DNA from: Halothiobacillaceae bacterium UBA5861
GTDB lineage: Bacteria; Pseudomonadota; Gammaproteobacteria; UBA5861
DNA: 64,000 nucleotides
Assembly: GCA_002432635.1 (NCBI GenBank)
Contig: DJFX01000047.1
Span: forward strand, 146,555-210,554
Direction of reading: 5' to 3'
A program made the translations under genes and the position numbers. This document shows positions 29,299 to 39,249 of the stretch, one piece after another. Each line of letters opens with the position of its first letter. Within the stretch, counting starts at the first letter, position 1. Under the pieces are notes generated by a model, which saw only the letters and a list, made by a program, of their open reading frames with translations, did not search any database and was not told the DNA's origin.

Positions 29299-30246
29299 AT
29301 GAAAGACTTATATCAAGATACATTTCAATCTGTTGAAGAAATTCAAAAGGCCTTTGAAACACACAACTACATCTGCAACACCCAAATAGCCACCTGCACT
29401 TATATTGCTTATAACCTGCAAAAACCGGTGATGGTTGAAGGACCGGCAGGCGTCGGTAAAACCGAGCTGGCCAAAACAACTGCGGATATTCTGGGCGTTC
29501 CCTTGGTACGGATGCAATGCTATGAGGGGCTTGATGAGTCGAAAGCACTCTACGAATGGAAATATGGCAAACAACTGCTTTATACCCAACTACTGAAGGA
29601 CAAGCTGAGTGAAATTCTTGCCGGTGCCGAAGGCCTGAAGCAATCCATGACCAAGCTTCGAGGGCAAGAAGACCTGTTCTTTTCTGAAGAGTTTCTGGAA
29701 CCCCGGCCGTTGTACAAGGCCTTACAGGAAGAGCACGGTTGCGTGTTGCTGATTGACGAAATCGATAAATCCGACCATGAATTTGAAGCGTTTTTGCTCG
29801 AAATTCTGTCCGAATTTCAAGTCTCTATTCCAGAAATCGGTACGCTAAAGGCAAAAATCAAACCACTGGTATTCCTCACCAGTAACAATACCCGAGAAAT
29901 GAGCGATGCACTCAAGCGCCGCTGCCTGCACTTGCACATCGGCTTCCCGGATGAAAAGCTGGAACGACGTATCCTGGAAACCCGTGTTCCCTCACTCGCT
30001 GACAGTCTTCGCAAAGAAGTGGTTTCGTTTGTTCAACAGATTCGTGAACTCGACATCAAGAAAGTGCCATCCATTTCGGAAACAATCGACTGGGCTCGCA
30101 CCCTGCTTTTGCTGCACACCGAGCACCTGGACAGCGATACGGTGAGAAACACACTCAATGTGATTCTCAAGTTTGAAGAAGACATCGAAGCCGTAAATGA
30201 ACAGGCTTCCAATTTTATTAAAAAGGCCCGCCCTTACACGGAGTAA
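29299..30246 (+). CDS. MoxR-family AAA+ ATPase (CoxD-like)
   Basis: 315 aa. Walker A GPAGVGKT, Walker B LLIDEID and sensor regions typical of MoxR. Confidence 0.85.
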   Translation: MKDLYQDTFQSVEEIQKAFETHNYICNTQIATCTYIAYNLQKPVMVEGPAGVGKTELAKTTADILGVPLVRMQCYEGLDESKALYEWKYGKQLLYTQLLKDKLSEILAGAEGLKQSMTKLRGQEDLFFSEEFLEPRPLYKALQEEHGCVLLIDEIDKSDHEFEAFLLEILSEFQVSIPEIGTLKAKIKPLVFLTSNNTREMSDALKRRCLHLHIGFPDEKLERRILETRVPSLADSLRKEVVSFVQQIRELDIKKVPSISETIDWARTLLLLHTEHLDSDTVRNTLNVILKFEEDIEAVNEQASNFIKKARPYTE

Positions 30247-30252
30247 ATCCTC

Positions 30253-31647
30253 ATGCAACAGACGCTCGAAGACTTTTACAAAGTTGTTCGCTCAGCCGGC
30301 ATCAAAGTCTCTGTCGCCGACAGCATCGAAACCAGTAAGACAGTGGAACTTGTCGGTTATGGCAACCGCAGTATTTTAAAAGATGCGCTCACCCTATCTC
30401 TGGCGAAGACCGTAGATGAAAAAGAAGCCTTGGAAGAGTGCTTCGAGCAGTTTTTCACATTCAACGCCTTTCAAAAAAACACAAAAAGCCCAGAAGACGC
30501 CAAACAAACCGGCGCCGACCAGGCCGAAAAAAATGATGAGGCCAATGCCGGTGCAAACGACCCTGAATACACAGGCGACTTAGAACTGGCCAAAATGCTG
30601 CTCAAAAAGGACAAAGCCAGTCTTGCCCAAGAAATGAGCAAAGCTGCGCGCGAAGCAGGCATGACTGACATCTGGTTTTTTACCCAAAAAGGGATCTACA
30701 CCCAGAAAATCATGGACAAGATGGGTGCCCGCGAACTGAATAAAGAAATCGCAGAATTAGGCCGCGGCGACTGTCCTTCTTCCCAAGCACTGGCTGGCAA
30801 GTTGAGAGCAGCACAAAAGTATCTATTTGAAGAAGTCCGTAATTTTGTGGAACAACAGCTTTCTATGTATGGCAAAACCGCCTCTCAAACAATCCATGAA
30901 GAGTTTTTGAAAAATACCCGGCTCTCCAATATTGAAAAGCGTGACTTTCAAACAATGCATAAAATTGTTAAGGAAATGGCAAAACGCTTAAGCTCCATCC
31001 ACTCGAAAAAACGTAAGCGCGAGGACCGAGGCCAACTCGACTTCCGAAAAACCCTGCGTAACAATGTTGCGTATGATGGCGTGCTGTTTCAAACCTTTTG
31101 GAAGATGAAGGTCGTCGATAAACCACGTATTCTCGCACTTTGTGACGTGAGTGGTTCTGTTTCCTCTTACTCCCGCTTTTTATTGCTATTCCTCTATAGC
31201 CTCAACGATGTTCTCAACCGCATTGATACCTGCGTATTCACCAACACCTTGATTGATGTCAGCCACATCTTCGATGAACTCCCGGTAGAGCAGGCCGTGG
31301 AAAAAATTGTCTACGAAATCGGAATGGGGGGCTCAGATTACGGCAACACGTTGCTGGATCTAAAAGATCAATACATGGATAAGATCGATAATAAAACGAC
31401 CGTTATTATCTTAGGTGATGCACGTAATAATAAGCTGGAACCACAAACTGATATCATGGAACTGCTGTATCAGCGCGCCAAGCGAGTCATCTGGCTAAAC
31501 CCCGAAACCGAGAGTTTTTGGGGCATTGGTGACTCTGAAATGCTGCGTTACAAGCCCTACTGTAATATTGTCAAAGAATGTAACACTATTAACCACTTGG
31601 AACGCATGGTTGATACCATCCTCAAAGTGTCAGCGCAAGCAGCCTAA
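30253..31647 (+). CDS. CoxE-type von Willebrand factor A domain protein
   Basis: 464 aa. A C-terminal VWA domain with MIDAS (DVSGSVS) typical of VWA_CoxE. It starts 7 nt after the MoxR stop. Confidence 0.8.
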   Translation: MQQTLEDFYKVVRSAGIKVSVADSIETSKTVELVGYGNRSILKDALTLSLAKTVDEKEALEECFEQFFTFNAFQKNTKSPEDAKQTGADQAEKNDEANAGANDPEYTGDLELAKMLLKKDKASLAQEMSKAAREAGMTDIWFFTQKGIYTQKIMDKMGARELNKEIAELGRGDCPSSQALAGKLRAAQKYLFEEVRNFVEQQLSMYGKTASQTIHEEFLKNTRLSNIEKRDFQTMHKIVKEMAKRLSSIHSKKRKREDRGQLDFRKTLRNNVAYDGVLFQTFWKMKVVDKPRILALCDVSGSVSSYSRFLLLFLYSLNDVLNRIDTCVFTNTLIDVSHIFDELPVEQAVEKIVYEIGMGGSDYGNTLLDLKDQYMDKIDNKTTVIILGDARNNKLEPQTDIMELLYQRAKRVIWLNPETESFWGIGDSEMLRYKPYCNIVKECNTINHLERMVDTILKVSAQAA

Positions 31648-32006
31648 CCATTCATTCAAAAAAGCTACAGCGTGCAGCAGCATGTGCTGCACGTCCACTC
31701 AAAAGCATTCATACCGACCTGTTTTTCATCGACGACTAACAGGTTGTACTAAAAATTTTCTTTGCATTCTCGAAAATAACGTGAATAATAGCTTTCGTAG
31801 GCCATGTCAATGTCACGATGGATAAATCCATCAGGTTTTGATCAAATGTCACCAAAATATACGTTATCTCTAGCGCTCTCGCTCACCCAACCCCACACTG
31901 GGCACAAACCGAGCTCGGGATAAAAAACCCCATAAAAATCAACCGTATTGTTAAATAATAACGCACATTTATTGAAAATAACCTTTCATCTACATGAGGA
32001 CCCCTT

Positions 32007-32219
32007 ATGGCAGAACAAGGCGTTTCAGGCACAGTTAAATGGTTTAATGATACAAAAGGCTTCGGCTTTATTCAGCGCGAAAACGGGGCAGATGTATTTG
32101 TTCATTACTCGGCTATCCAGGCAGAGGGCTTTAAGTCTCTTAAGCAAGGCCAACCCGTTACGATGGACGTTATCGAAGGGGCAAAAGGCCCCCAAGCTGA
32201 AAATGTGATTCCAGGTTAA
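32007..32219 (+). CDS. cspA: Cold-shock protein CspA family
   Basis: 70 aa. RNP1/RNP2 motifs [12 protein letters not shown] and VFVHYSAI. Preceded by a long untranslated leader. Confidence 0.9.
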   Translation: MAEQGVSGTVKWFNDTKGFGFIQRENGADVFVHYSAIQAEGFKSLKQGQPVTMDVIEGAKGPQAENVIPG

Positions 32220-32670
32220 CTATTAATGTGGTCGCCCACAAAACTGAGACCCAATCAAGAAGACCTAACCCCCATCATGTCAAATGTCTGCCTGATATAA
32301 GCACATTGTTTAGCCTCAAAACAATCGCTGCAAATCCAGTGATGACTTTTAAATGAGTTACCAAGCCCGAAAGCGGCCCGGTAACTCTGGCAACACACCT
32401 AACCACTCAAAAACAATAGCTAGAGACCCCTGCTGAAATATTCTTTGAGGCGATATTGTCCCTTCTCTTCTGCACAATACGTTCAACAGCATAAAATTAA
32501 AGATTCCGCTCTAAACCAAGTAGTTCAGCAAGTTTGCAAACCAGTTACTAAAATTTTCAAAAAAAGCGTTTCACGGCTTCCTGTTTATAACGATTAATGC
32601 TGTTGTTCACATAAAGTCATAAACGCTTCCTATACTCTTTAAAACCAGTTCAGTTTGTAAAGGAATTCAT

Positions 32671-34050
32671 ATGGAACTCAGTGTCATCATTCTCGCTGCT
32701 GGCAAAGGAACGCGAATGAAATCTGACTTGCCAAAAGTCCTCCACCCGATCGCACACAAACCATTACTGGGCCACGTATTAGACACGACAGTCGGGCTAA
32801 ACGCCAAACAGACCTGCGTTGTCATCGGGCACGGAGCTAATACTGTTAAAGAGACGTTCGCAGCCCGCACCGTTACCTGGGTAGAGCAAAAGGAGCAAAA
32901 AGGAACAGGGCACGCGGTCCAACAAGCATTACCTCATATCAAGCCAACTGAGACGGTCCTGATTCTTTATGGAGATGTCCCCCTGTGCGCCTCAAGTACG
33001 CTCACGTCATTGATCTCATGCGTCAGTGAACAGTCAATAGGGTTACTCACCGTCACACTCGAAAATCCAACCGGTTACGGGCGCATCATCCGTGATCATG
33101 AAAACCAGGTCACAGGTATTGTGGAAGAAAAAGATGCCACACCAGGCCAAAAACAAATTACAGAAGTCAATACGGGCATTTTGGCCATTTCCGGCTCTCA
33201 TTTGATCAACTTGCTGTCTGACATCGACAACCAAAATGCCCAAGGCGAATACTACTTAACCGATATTTTTTCACTTGCGCACCAGCAGGGCATACAAATA
33301 CAAACCTGTCAGCCTGAAAACTCATGGGAAGTCTCTGGCGTCAATAACCGGCTTCAGCTCGCGGAACTGGAGCGCATTTACCAGCTTGAAAAAGCAAAAG
33401 AACTCATGACAGATGGCGTCACACTACGTGACCCCTCACGCATCGATATTCGTGGCAATGTACAAACGGGGCACGATGTTGAAATTGATGTCAACGTTAT
33501 CCTAAGTGGTGACGTAATACTGCAAGACAATGTCAAAATCGGGGCAAACTGCAGTATAAAAAACGCCACGATTTGTTCAGGCAGCATGATCAAAGATCAT
33601 AGCGTTATTGAAGATGCAATCATTGGCAAGAACTGCACTGTCGGCCCATTTGCCCGCTTGCGCCCGGGCACAGAGTTACTCGACGATGCCCATATTGGCA
33701 ACTTTGTTGAAGTGAAAAAGTCGGTCATTGGCAACGGCAGCAAGGTGAATCACCTTACCTACATCGGCGATGCCGAGATCGGTACCGGTGTCAACGTAGG
33801 AGCCGGCACCATTACCTGTAATTACGATGGTGCAAACAAACACCGCACCGTCATAAAAGACCATGCATTTATTGGCTCAAACACATCACTTGTCGCCCCT
33901 GTCACCATTGGCAAACATGCGACCGTTGGCGCTGGATCCACTATTGGACGCGATGTTGACAACAATACGCTTGCCTTGACAAGAGCGCCGCAAAAAGCAA
34001 TCGACAACTGGACCCGCCCAACCAAAAAACCTAAGGGAGAAACAACCTAA
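32671..34050 (+). CDS. glmU: Bifunctional UDP-N-acetylglucosamine pyrophosphorylase/GlcN-1-P acetyltransferase
   Basis: 459 aa. N-terminal nucleotidyltransferase domain (LAAGKGTRM) and C-terminal left-handed beta-helix hexapeptide repeats. Confidence 0.9.
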   Translation: MELSVIILAAGKGTRMKSDLPKVLHPIAHKPLLGHVLDTTVGLNAKQTCVVIGHGANTVKETFAARTVTWVEQKEQKGTGHAVQQALPHIKPTETVLILYGDVPLCASSTLTSLISCVSEQSIGLLTVTLENPTGYGRIIRDHENQVTGIVEEKDATPGQKQITEVNTGILAISGSHLINLLSDIDNQNAQGEYYLTDIFSLAHQQGIQIQTCQPENSWEVSGVNNRLQLAELERIYQLEKAKELMTDGVTLRDPSRIDIRGNVQTGHDVEIDVNVILSGDVILQDNVKIGANCSIKNATICSGSMIKDHSVIEDAIIGKNCTVGPFARLRPGTELLDDAHIGNFVEVKKSVIGNGSKVNHLTYIGDAEIGTGVNVGAGTITCNYDGANKHRTVIKDHAFIGSNTSLVAPVTIGKHATVGAGSTIGRDVDNNTLALTRAPQKAIDNWTRPTKKPKGETT

Positions 34051-35882
34051 TGTGTGGAATTATCGCTGCCCTCGCTCAGCGCCCAGTCGTTCCAATTTTA
34101 ATCGAAGGGCTTAAAAGGCTTGAATATCGAGGCTATGACTCTGCGGGTATTGCTGTTCTAGACAGCTCTCATGACATTCTGCGTGTTCGCAAAAAAGGAA
34201 AAGTAGCCGTTTTGGAGGAGGCTTTAACTCCTGAAACCCAAAAAAGTCATATTGGTATTGCACACACCCGTTGGGCAACACATGGAGAACCCAGTGAAAA
34301 AAATGCCCACCCACACAACTCCAACCAACAAATTTCACTTGTGCACAATGGCATTATTGAAAACCACTCGGAACTCAGGGAAGAGTTACAAGCGGATGGC
34401 TACTTATTTGAGTCAGAAACAGACACAGAGGTTATCGTGCACCTCATCCACCGGGAAGTCGCTCGGCTTGGAGACTTTATGGGGGGTGTCCGCGCTGCCG
34501 CGCAAAGACTTGAAGGTGCCTATGCACTGGCTATTCTGAATAAAGATGAACCTACACGCATGATTGCATTGCGTAAAGGCAGCCCTCTCCTCATGGGTAT
34601 TGGTATTGATGAATACTTCCTTGCTTCAGACACGGCAGCGCTCACACCAGTCACCCACCGTTTTATCTTTTTGCACGATGGCGACTTTGTTGAAATCACC
34701 AGCGACCAGTACAAGATCACGGATATCCACGGCCAATCTGTGGAACGGGAAATCGTCGAGTCAGATATCCAGCAATTCTCCGCCGATAAAGGGAAATACA
34801 AGCATTACATGTTAAAAGAAATTTACGAACAGCCGGTTGCTCTTCGCAAAACGCTCGAGAATAGGATCACACCGACCAGCCTACTGCAAGAAAGCTTTGG
34901 GCAACTCGACAGCGAAACATTGGCACGCGTTGAACACATTCATATCGTTGCCTGTGGCACGAGCTATCACGCCGGCTTTGTTGCCCGCTATTGGTTTGAA
35001 AAATTCACACCACTGACTTGTTCTGTGGAGGTTGCCAGCGAATATCGTTACCGCAAGGTGAGTGTCCCTCCGAATACTCTTTACGTCACCATTTCCCAGT
35101 CAGGAGAAACGGCTGACTCTCTTGCTGCGCTCTCCATGGTTAAAAAACGCGGTTATCTTGGCGCACTGGTCATCTGCAATGTGCCTGAAAGCTCTATGGT
35201 AAGAGAGGCTGATGCCAGCATGCTAACGCATGCCGGCCCTGAAATTGGGGTCGCATCAACAAAAGCATTCACAACCCAACTTGCCGCACTCCTTATCTTG
35301 GTCACAATGCTGGGTAAAGCGAAAGGCATGCCGCAGGAAACACTGTCACAGCTGCTCACGGCACTCAGCGAGGCACCGAGCCTGGTTGAGGCCGTATTAG
35401 AACTGGACAGAGACATCCAAAAACTTGCAGAAGATTTTGTTGAAAAATCACATGCCATCTTCCTCGGCCGTGGCCCCTTCTATCCTGTGGCGTTAGAAGG
35501 AGCTCTAAAGTTAAAAGAAATATCCTACATTCATTCGGAAGGCTATCCAGCCGGAGAGCTTAAGCATGGGCCACTTGCCTTAATTGATACAGATATCCCT
35601 GTGGTTGCCGTCGCACCTAAAAATGACCTGATCGAGAAGCTGAAATCTAATCTCGAAGAAGTGAGAACACGAGGAGGGCAGCTGTACATTATTGCGGAGG
35701 AAGGGGTGCACATTGATGAAAATAATGGCATCAAGTGCATAAGAGTTCCGCACTGCCCGGCGCCGATCGCTCCCATTATTTTCAGCATTCCCTTACAGCT
35801 TTTGTCATATCACGTAGCCGTCACACGTGGAACAGATGTCGATCAGCCACGCAACCTAGCCAAATCAGTCACCGTTGAGTAG
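34050..35882 (+). CDS. glmS: Glutamine--fructose-6-phosphate aminotransferase
   Basis: 610 aa. N-terminal Cys2 (MCGIIA) glutaminase domain, two SIS domains, and the canonical C-terminal ...VTVE. Confidence 0.9.
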   Translation: MCGIIAALAQRPVVPILIEGLKRLEYRGYDSAGIAVLDSSHDILRVRKKGKVAVLEEALTPETQKSHIGIAHTRWATHGEPSEKNAHPHNSNQQISLVHNGIIENHSELREELQADGYLFESETDTEVIVHLIHREVARLGDFMGGVRAAAQRLEGAYALAILNKDEPTRMIALRKGSPLLMGIGIDEYFLASDTAALTPVTHRFIFLHDGDFVEITSDQYKITDIHGQSVEREIVESDIQQFSADKGKYKHYMLKEIYEQPVALRKTLENRITPTSLLQESFGQLDSETLARVEHIHIVACGTSYHAGFVARYWFEKFTPLTCSVEVASEYRYRKVSVPPNTLYVTISQSGETADSLAALSMVKKRGYLGALVICNVPESSMVREADASMLTHAGPEIGVASTKAFTTQLAALLILVTMLGKAKGMPQETLSQLLTALSEAPSLVEAVLELDRDIQKLAEDFVEKSHAIFLGRGPFYPVALEGALKLKEISYIHSEGYPAGELKHGPLALIDTDIPVVAVAPKNDLIEKLKSNLEEVRTRGGQLYIIAEEGVHIDENNGIKCIRVPHCPAPIAPIIFSIPLQLLSYHVAVTRGTDVDQPRNLAKSVTVE

Positions 35883-35896
35883 TTTGCCCCCTAGAA

Positions 35897-35931
35897 ACAT
35901 AGTCTGTATACAGTATCTATACAGACTATGT
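35897..35931. promoter_or_regulatory. Perfect 14-bp inverted repeat (ACATAGTCTGTATA-N7-TATACAGACTATGT) 15 nt after the glmS stop
   Basis: Read directly from the sequence. No downstream T-tract, so it may be a protein-binding palindrome or a factor-dependent terminator hairpin. Confidence 0.5.
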
Positions 35932-36199
35932 GATTATTGGCCCGCTACCCTTAGCCTTAACGCTTCCCTCACTCTGCCTGCCCCTCACTCTAAATTAACA
36001 ACGAAACAGACATTTCACAATCGTAACAATCCGTTGCTATAATGCTTGGGCAGTCATTTGAAAGATATTGACTCGCCAATCCAATAAATAAGACTAAATA
36101 ATAGAATTATTGAAAAATAATTTAGAACTGTAGATGGTGTCTTAACGCTTAATAGAAAAAGCGGGAGGTAACATTAATGGTAAGTGAGGAGAAGGAAGC

Positions 36200-37339
36200 A
36201 TGTCAGGCAGGCTTAGTGCTGTACCCATCTTAAAAAAACTTTTTTGTTGTTCAGGCCTGCTTGCTGCAGCAAGCCCTGTATCGGCCGAGTACGCTCTCAA
36301 TCTGCCAGAGCCCGCTTCTGAACTCACTAGAGAAGTTTACGATTTGCATATGTTGACGGCAAAGATCGCTCTTTACATCACGCTGATCGTAACGGCCGTC
36401 GTTTTTTACGCAATCTTTAAGTTTAGAAAATCTAAGAATTACGAGCCTGACCAGAACTTCCATACCGGGAAATTTGGGACATGGTCATGGGTTCTTGTTC
36501 CTATCATTGTTTTGGGCATTGACCTTTCAATCTCAGCACCGGCAATCAAAACCCTGCACCTGATTGAAGACAAAACAGAAGCGGATATGACCGTCAAAGT
36601 CATCGGTACTCAATGGAAGTGGATCTACGAGTACATGGAGGATGACGTTCGTATCGTCAGCAGTATGCTTTCTGAGGAGGAAGCAGAAAAAGCAGAAGGC
36701 GAAGGCTATCTACGAACAGTCGACAACCCCTTGGTGCTACCTGTCGGGAAGCGCATCCGCTTCCTGCATACAGCTACCGATGTACTCCACGCATGGTGGG
36801 TCCCTTCCATTACGGTTAAAAAAGATTCCATTCCAGGTTACATCACAGAAACCTGGACTATCATCGATAAAGAAGGCCTATATCACGGCCAGTGCGCAGA
36901 GAACTGCGGCCGTGGCCATTCATACATGCCCATCCAAGTCGCTGCTGTAAGCCAAGCAGAATATGACGAATGGCTCAACAACAAAAAACAAGAACAGTTG
37001 GCAGCGCTGCAAGAAGCCTCATCGGACAAAACCTGGAGTAAAGAAGAGCTCATGAGTAAAGGTGAGGCCGTATACAAAACAAACTGTCTCGCGTGTCACC
37101 AAGCCAACGGTGCAGGTGTTCCAGGCGCATTCCCAGCTCTGAAAGGCAGCCCTGTTGCGGCAGGCCCTGTTGATAAACATATTGAGATTGTACTTAAGGG
37201 CGTTAAAGGCACAGCCATGGCACCTTGGGCCAGTCTGAATGACTTTGAACTCGCTGCTGTCATTACATACGAGCGAAATGCCTGGGGTAACGACACCGGT
37301 GACCTTGTGCAACCCGCAGCGATCAAATCAGCAAGATAA
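36200..37339 (+). CDS. coxB: Cytochrome c oxidase subunit II with a fused C-terminal c-type cytochrome domain
   Basis: Signal peptide plus two TM helices, CuA ligands (H...CAENCGRGHSYM), and a C-terminal CLACH heme-binding site. Confidence 0.9.
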   Translation: MSGRLSAVPILKKLFCCSGLLAAASPVSAEYALNLPEPASELTREVYDLHMLTAKIALYITLIVTAVVFYAIFKFRKSKNYEPDQNFHTGKFGTWSWVLVPIIVLGIDLSISAPAIKTLHLIEDKTEADMTVKVIGTQWKWIYEYMEDDVRIVSSMLSEEEAEKAEGEGYLRTVDNPLVLPVGKRIRFLHTATDVLHAWWVPSITVKKDSIPGYITETWTIIDKEGLYHGQCAENCGRGHSYMPIQVAAVSQAEYDEWLNNKKQEQLAALQEASSDKTWSKEELMSKGEAVYKTNCLACHQANGAGVPGAFPALKGSPVAAGPVDKHIEIVLKGVKGTAMAPWASLNDFELAAVITYERNAWGNDTGDLVQPAAIKSAR

Positions 37340-37384
37340 AAACACATCATTAAGATGAAATAATTAGCGAAAACCGCGTCAGGA

Positions 37385-38992
37385 GTGAGAGAAATGACTG
37401 CAGAAGCCTTAGATAACCATCATGACCACGGGCCACCTAAGGGTTATAAACGTTGGCTCTTCAGTACCAACCACAAAGATATCGGGACAATGTACCTCAT
37501 CTTTGCAACGGTAATGCTATTTCTAGGCGGCGGCATGGCCATGCTCATCCGTGCCGAGCTATTTATACCCGGCTTGCAGCTGGTTGAGCCCAACTTTTAT
37601 AACAACATGGTCACTAACCATGCCTTAGTTATGATTTTTGGTGCAATTATGCCCGCTGCGGCAGGGATGGCAAACTGGATGATACCGATGATGATCGGTG
37701 CCCCAGATATGGCGCTGCCTCGCTTGAATAACCTCAGTTTTTGGTTATTGCCAATGGCGGCAATTATGTTAATTATGGCAATGGTTGTGCCTTTTTTCGG
37801 TGGCGGCGCGCCGGTCGCGACAGGCTGGACGCTTTATCCACCACTCTCCGTACAAGCGGGCATGGGTATGGATCTGACGATTTTTGCCATCCATACACTC
37901 GGTATTTCGTCCATCTTGGCCTCAATCAACATCATCACAACGATCATTAACATGCGCGCACCAGGCATGACATGGATGAAAATGCCCTTGTTTGTCTGGG
38001 CCTGGTTTTTTACCGCTCTCTTATTGATTTTAGTGATGCCTGCGCTTGCCGGTGGCGTGACAATGCTCTTGTTTGATCGGCACTTTGGCACCAGTTTCTT
38101 CGACGCAGCAGGTGGTGGCGACCCCGTACTGTTCCAGCACCTATTCTGGTTCTTTGGCCACCCTGAGGTTTATGTTCTGCTCTTACCTTCTATTGGTGTT
38201 TTAGGCATTGTGATACCGGCTTTTTCAAGAAAGCCTCTGTTTGGCTATAAGCCACTTGTTTATTGGATGGGCTTTTTAACGGCTTTGGGATTGGTTGTAT
38301 GGGCACATCATCAATACACCATTGGTATGTCAGTCGCCGCCACTACCTACTTCATGATTGGCACCATCTTAGTGTCAATCCCTATTGGTCTCATGCTATT
38401 TAACTTTATCTTTACAATGTGGCGAGGCGCAATGACATTTGAAACACCCATGTTATTTGCGATTGCCATTATCTTGATGTTTGCATTTGCAGGCACAACC
38501 GGCGTGATGCTCGCTGTCGTACCGGCCGATATGCAGTACCATGATACCTACTTTGTCGTCGCACACTTCCACTACGCACTGATCCCGGGCGCATTATTTG
38601 GGCTTTATGCCGGCGTTTTCTACTGGCTGCCTAAGTGGACTGGACACATGTATGACGAAACACTGGGGAAAATTTTCTTCTGGTGGACAACGATTGCGTT
38701 CAATGTAACATTCTTCCCTCAACACTTTGTTGGCTTGGCAGGCATGCCAAGAAGAATTGCTGACTACAGTGCGCAATTTACGGATATCAATATCATTTCC
38801 TCAATTGGCGGCATTATGTTTGGCCTTTCCCACTTATTATTCCTCTACATCATCATCAAAACGGTTAGAGGTGGAAAGCCTGCTGAAGCTAAGTCATGGG
38901 AAGGTGCGCAAGTCGGTACTCCTGGATTGGAATGGACGGTAGCATCACCACCACCTTTCCATACCTTTACCACACCGCCTGTCGTGAAATAA
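37385..38992 (+). CDS. coxA: Cytochrome c oxidase subunit I
   Basis: 535 aa, 12 TM helices, and the conserved His ligand contexts (WFFGHPEVY, HHQYT). Confidence 0.9.
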   Translation: MREMTAEALDNHHDHGPPKGYKRWLFSTNHKDIGTMYLIFATVMLFLGGGMAMLIRAELFIPGLQLVEPNFYNNMVTNHALVMIFGAIMPAAAGMANWMIPMMIGAPDMALPRLNNLSFWLLPMAAIMLIMAMVVPFFGGGAPVATGWTLYPPLSVQAGMGMDLTIFAIHTLGISSILASINIITTIINMRAPGMTWMKMPLFVWAWFFTALLLILVMPALAGGVTMLLFDRHFGTSFFDAAGGGDPVLFQHLFWFFGHPEVYVLLLPSIGVLGIVIPAFSRKPLFGYKPLVYWMGFLTALGLVVWAHHQYTIGMSVAATTYFMIGTILVSIPIGLMLFNFIFTMWRGAMTFETPMLFAIAIILMFAFAGTTGVMLAVVPADMQYHDTYFVVAHFHYALIPGALFGLYAGVFYWLPKWTGHMYDETLGKIFFWWTTIAFNVTFFPQHFVGLAGMPRRIADYSAQFTDINIISSIGGIMFGLSHLLFLYIIIKTVRGGKPAEAKSWEGAQVGTPGLEWTVASPPPFHTFTTPPVVK

Positions 38993-39021
38993 CCAGCACT
39001 TTATAATGAAGGGCCGCCACG

Positions 39022-39162
39022 ATGAGTAGCAACACACCACAGCATGAAAAAAAGAGAAAGATAAATCTTACTATTGCGATATTTATCGGTGCATTTGCTC
39101 TGGCGGCCATGCTTCTCCCTATTATTGCACTCGGACTGCGAGGCTCAGGGCTGGGTACGTGA
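39022..39162 (+). CDS. Unannotated 46-aa single-TM microprotein between coxA and cox11 (MSSNTPQHEKKRKINLTIAIFIGAFALAAMLLPIIALGLRGSGLGT)
   Basis: ATG at 39022 lies 30 nt after the coxA stop. A Lys/Arg-rich N-terminus is followed by one hydrophobic helix. The ORF falls below the track's 60-aa cutoff. Confidence 0.45.
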   Translation: MSSNTPQHEKKRKINLTIAIFIGAFALAAMLLPIIALGLRGSGLGT

Positions 39163-39249
39163 ACAAAGAAAGTTTTACAACAATGAAACGCGGTTTTGTA
39201 ATGCGCTATTCAATCGATAACCTTGAGGCTCATCGAGGTCAGGCCCGTC

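Noticed and set aside
29299-31647. MoxR plus VWA pair as a CO dehydrogenase (coxDE) maturation system
   Set aside because: No CODH structural genes (coxMSL) are present in the neighbourhood. The pair is instead reported as part of the ECH/ACAD-like operon.
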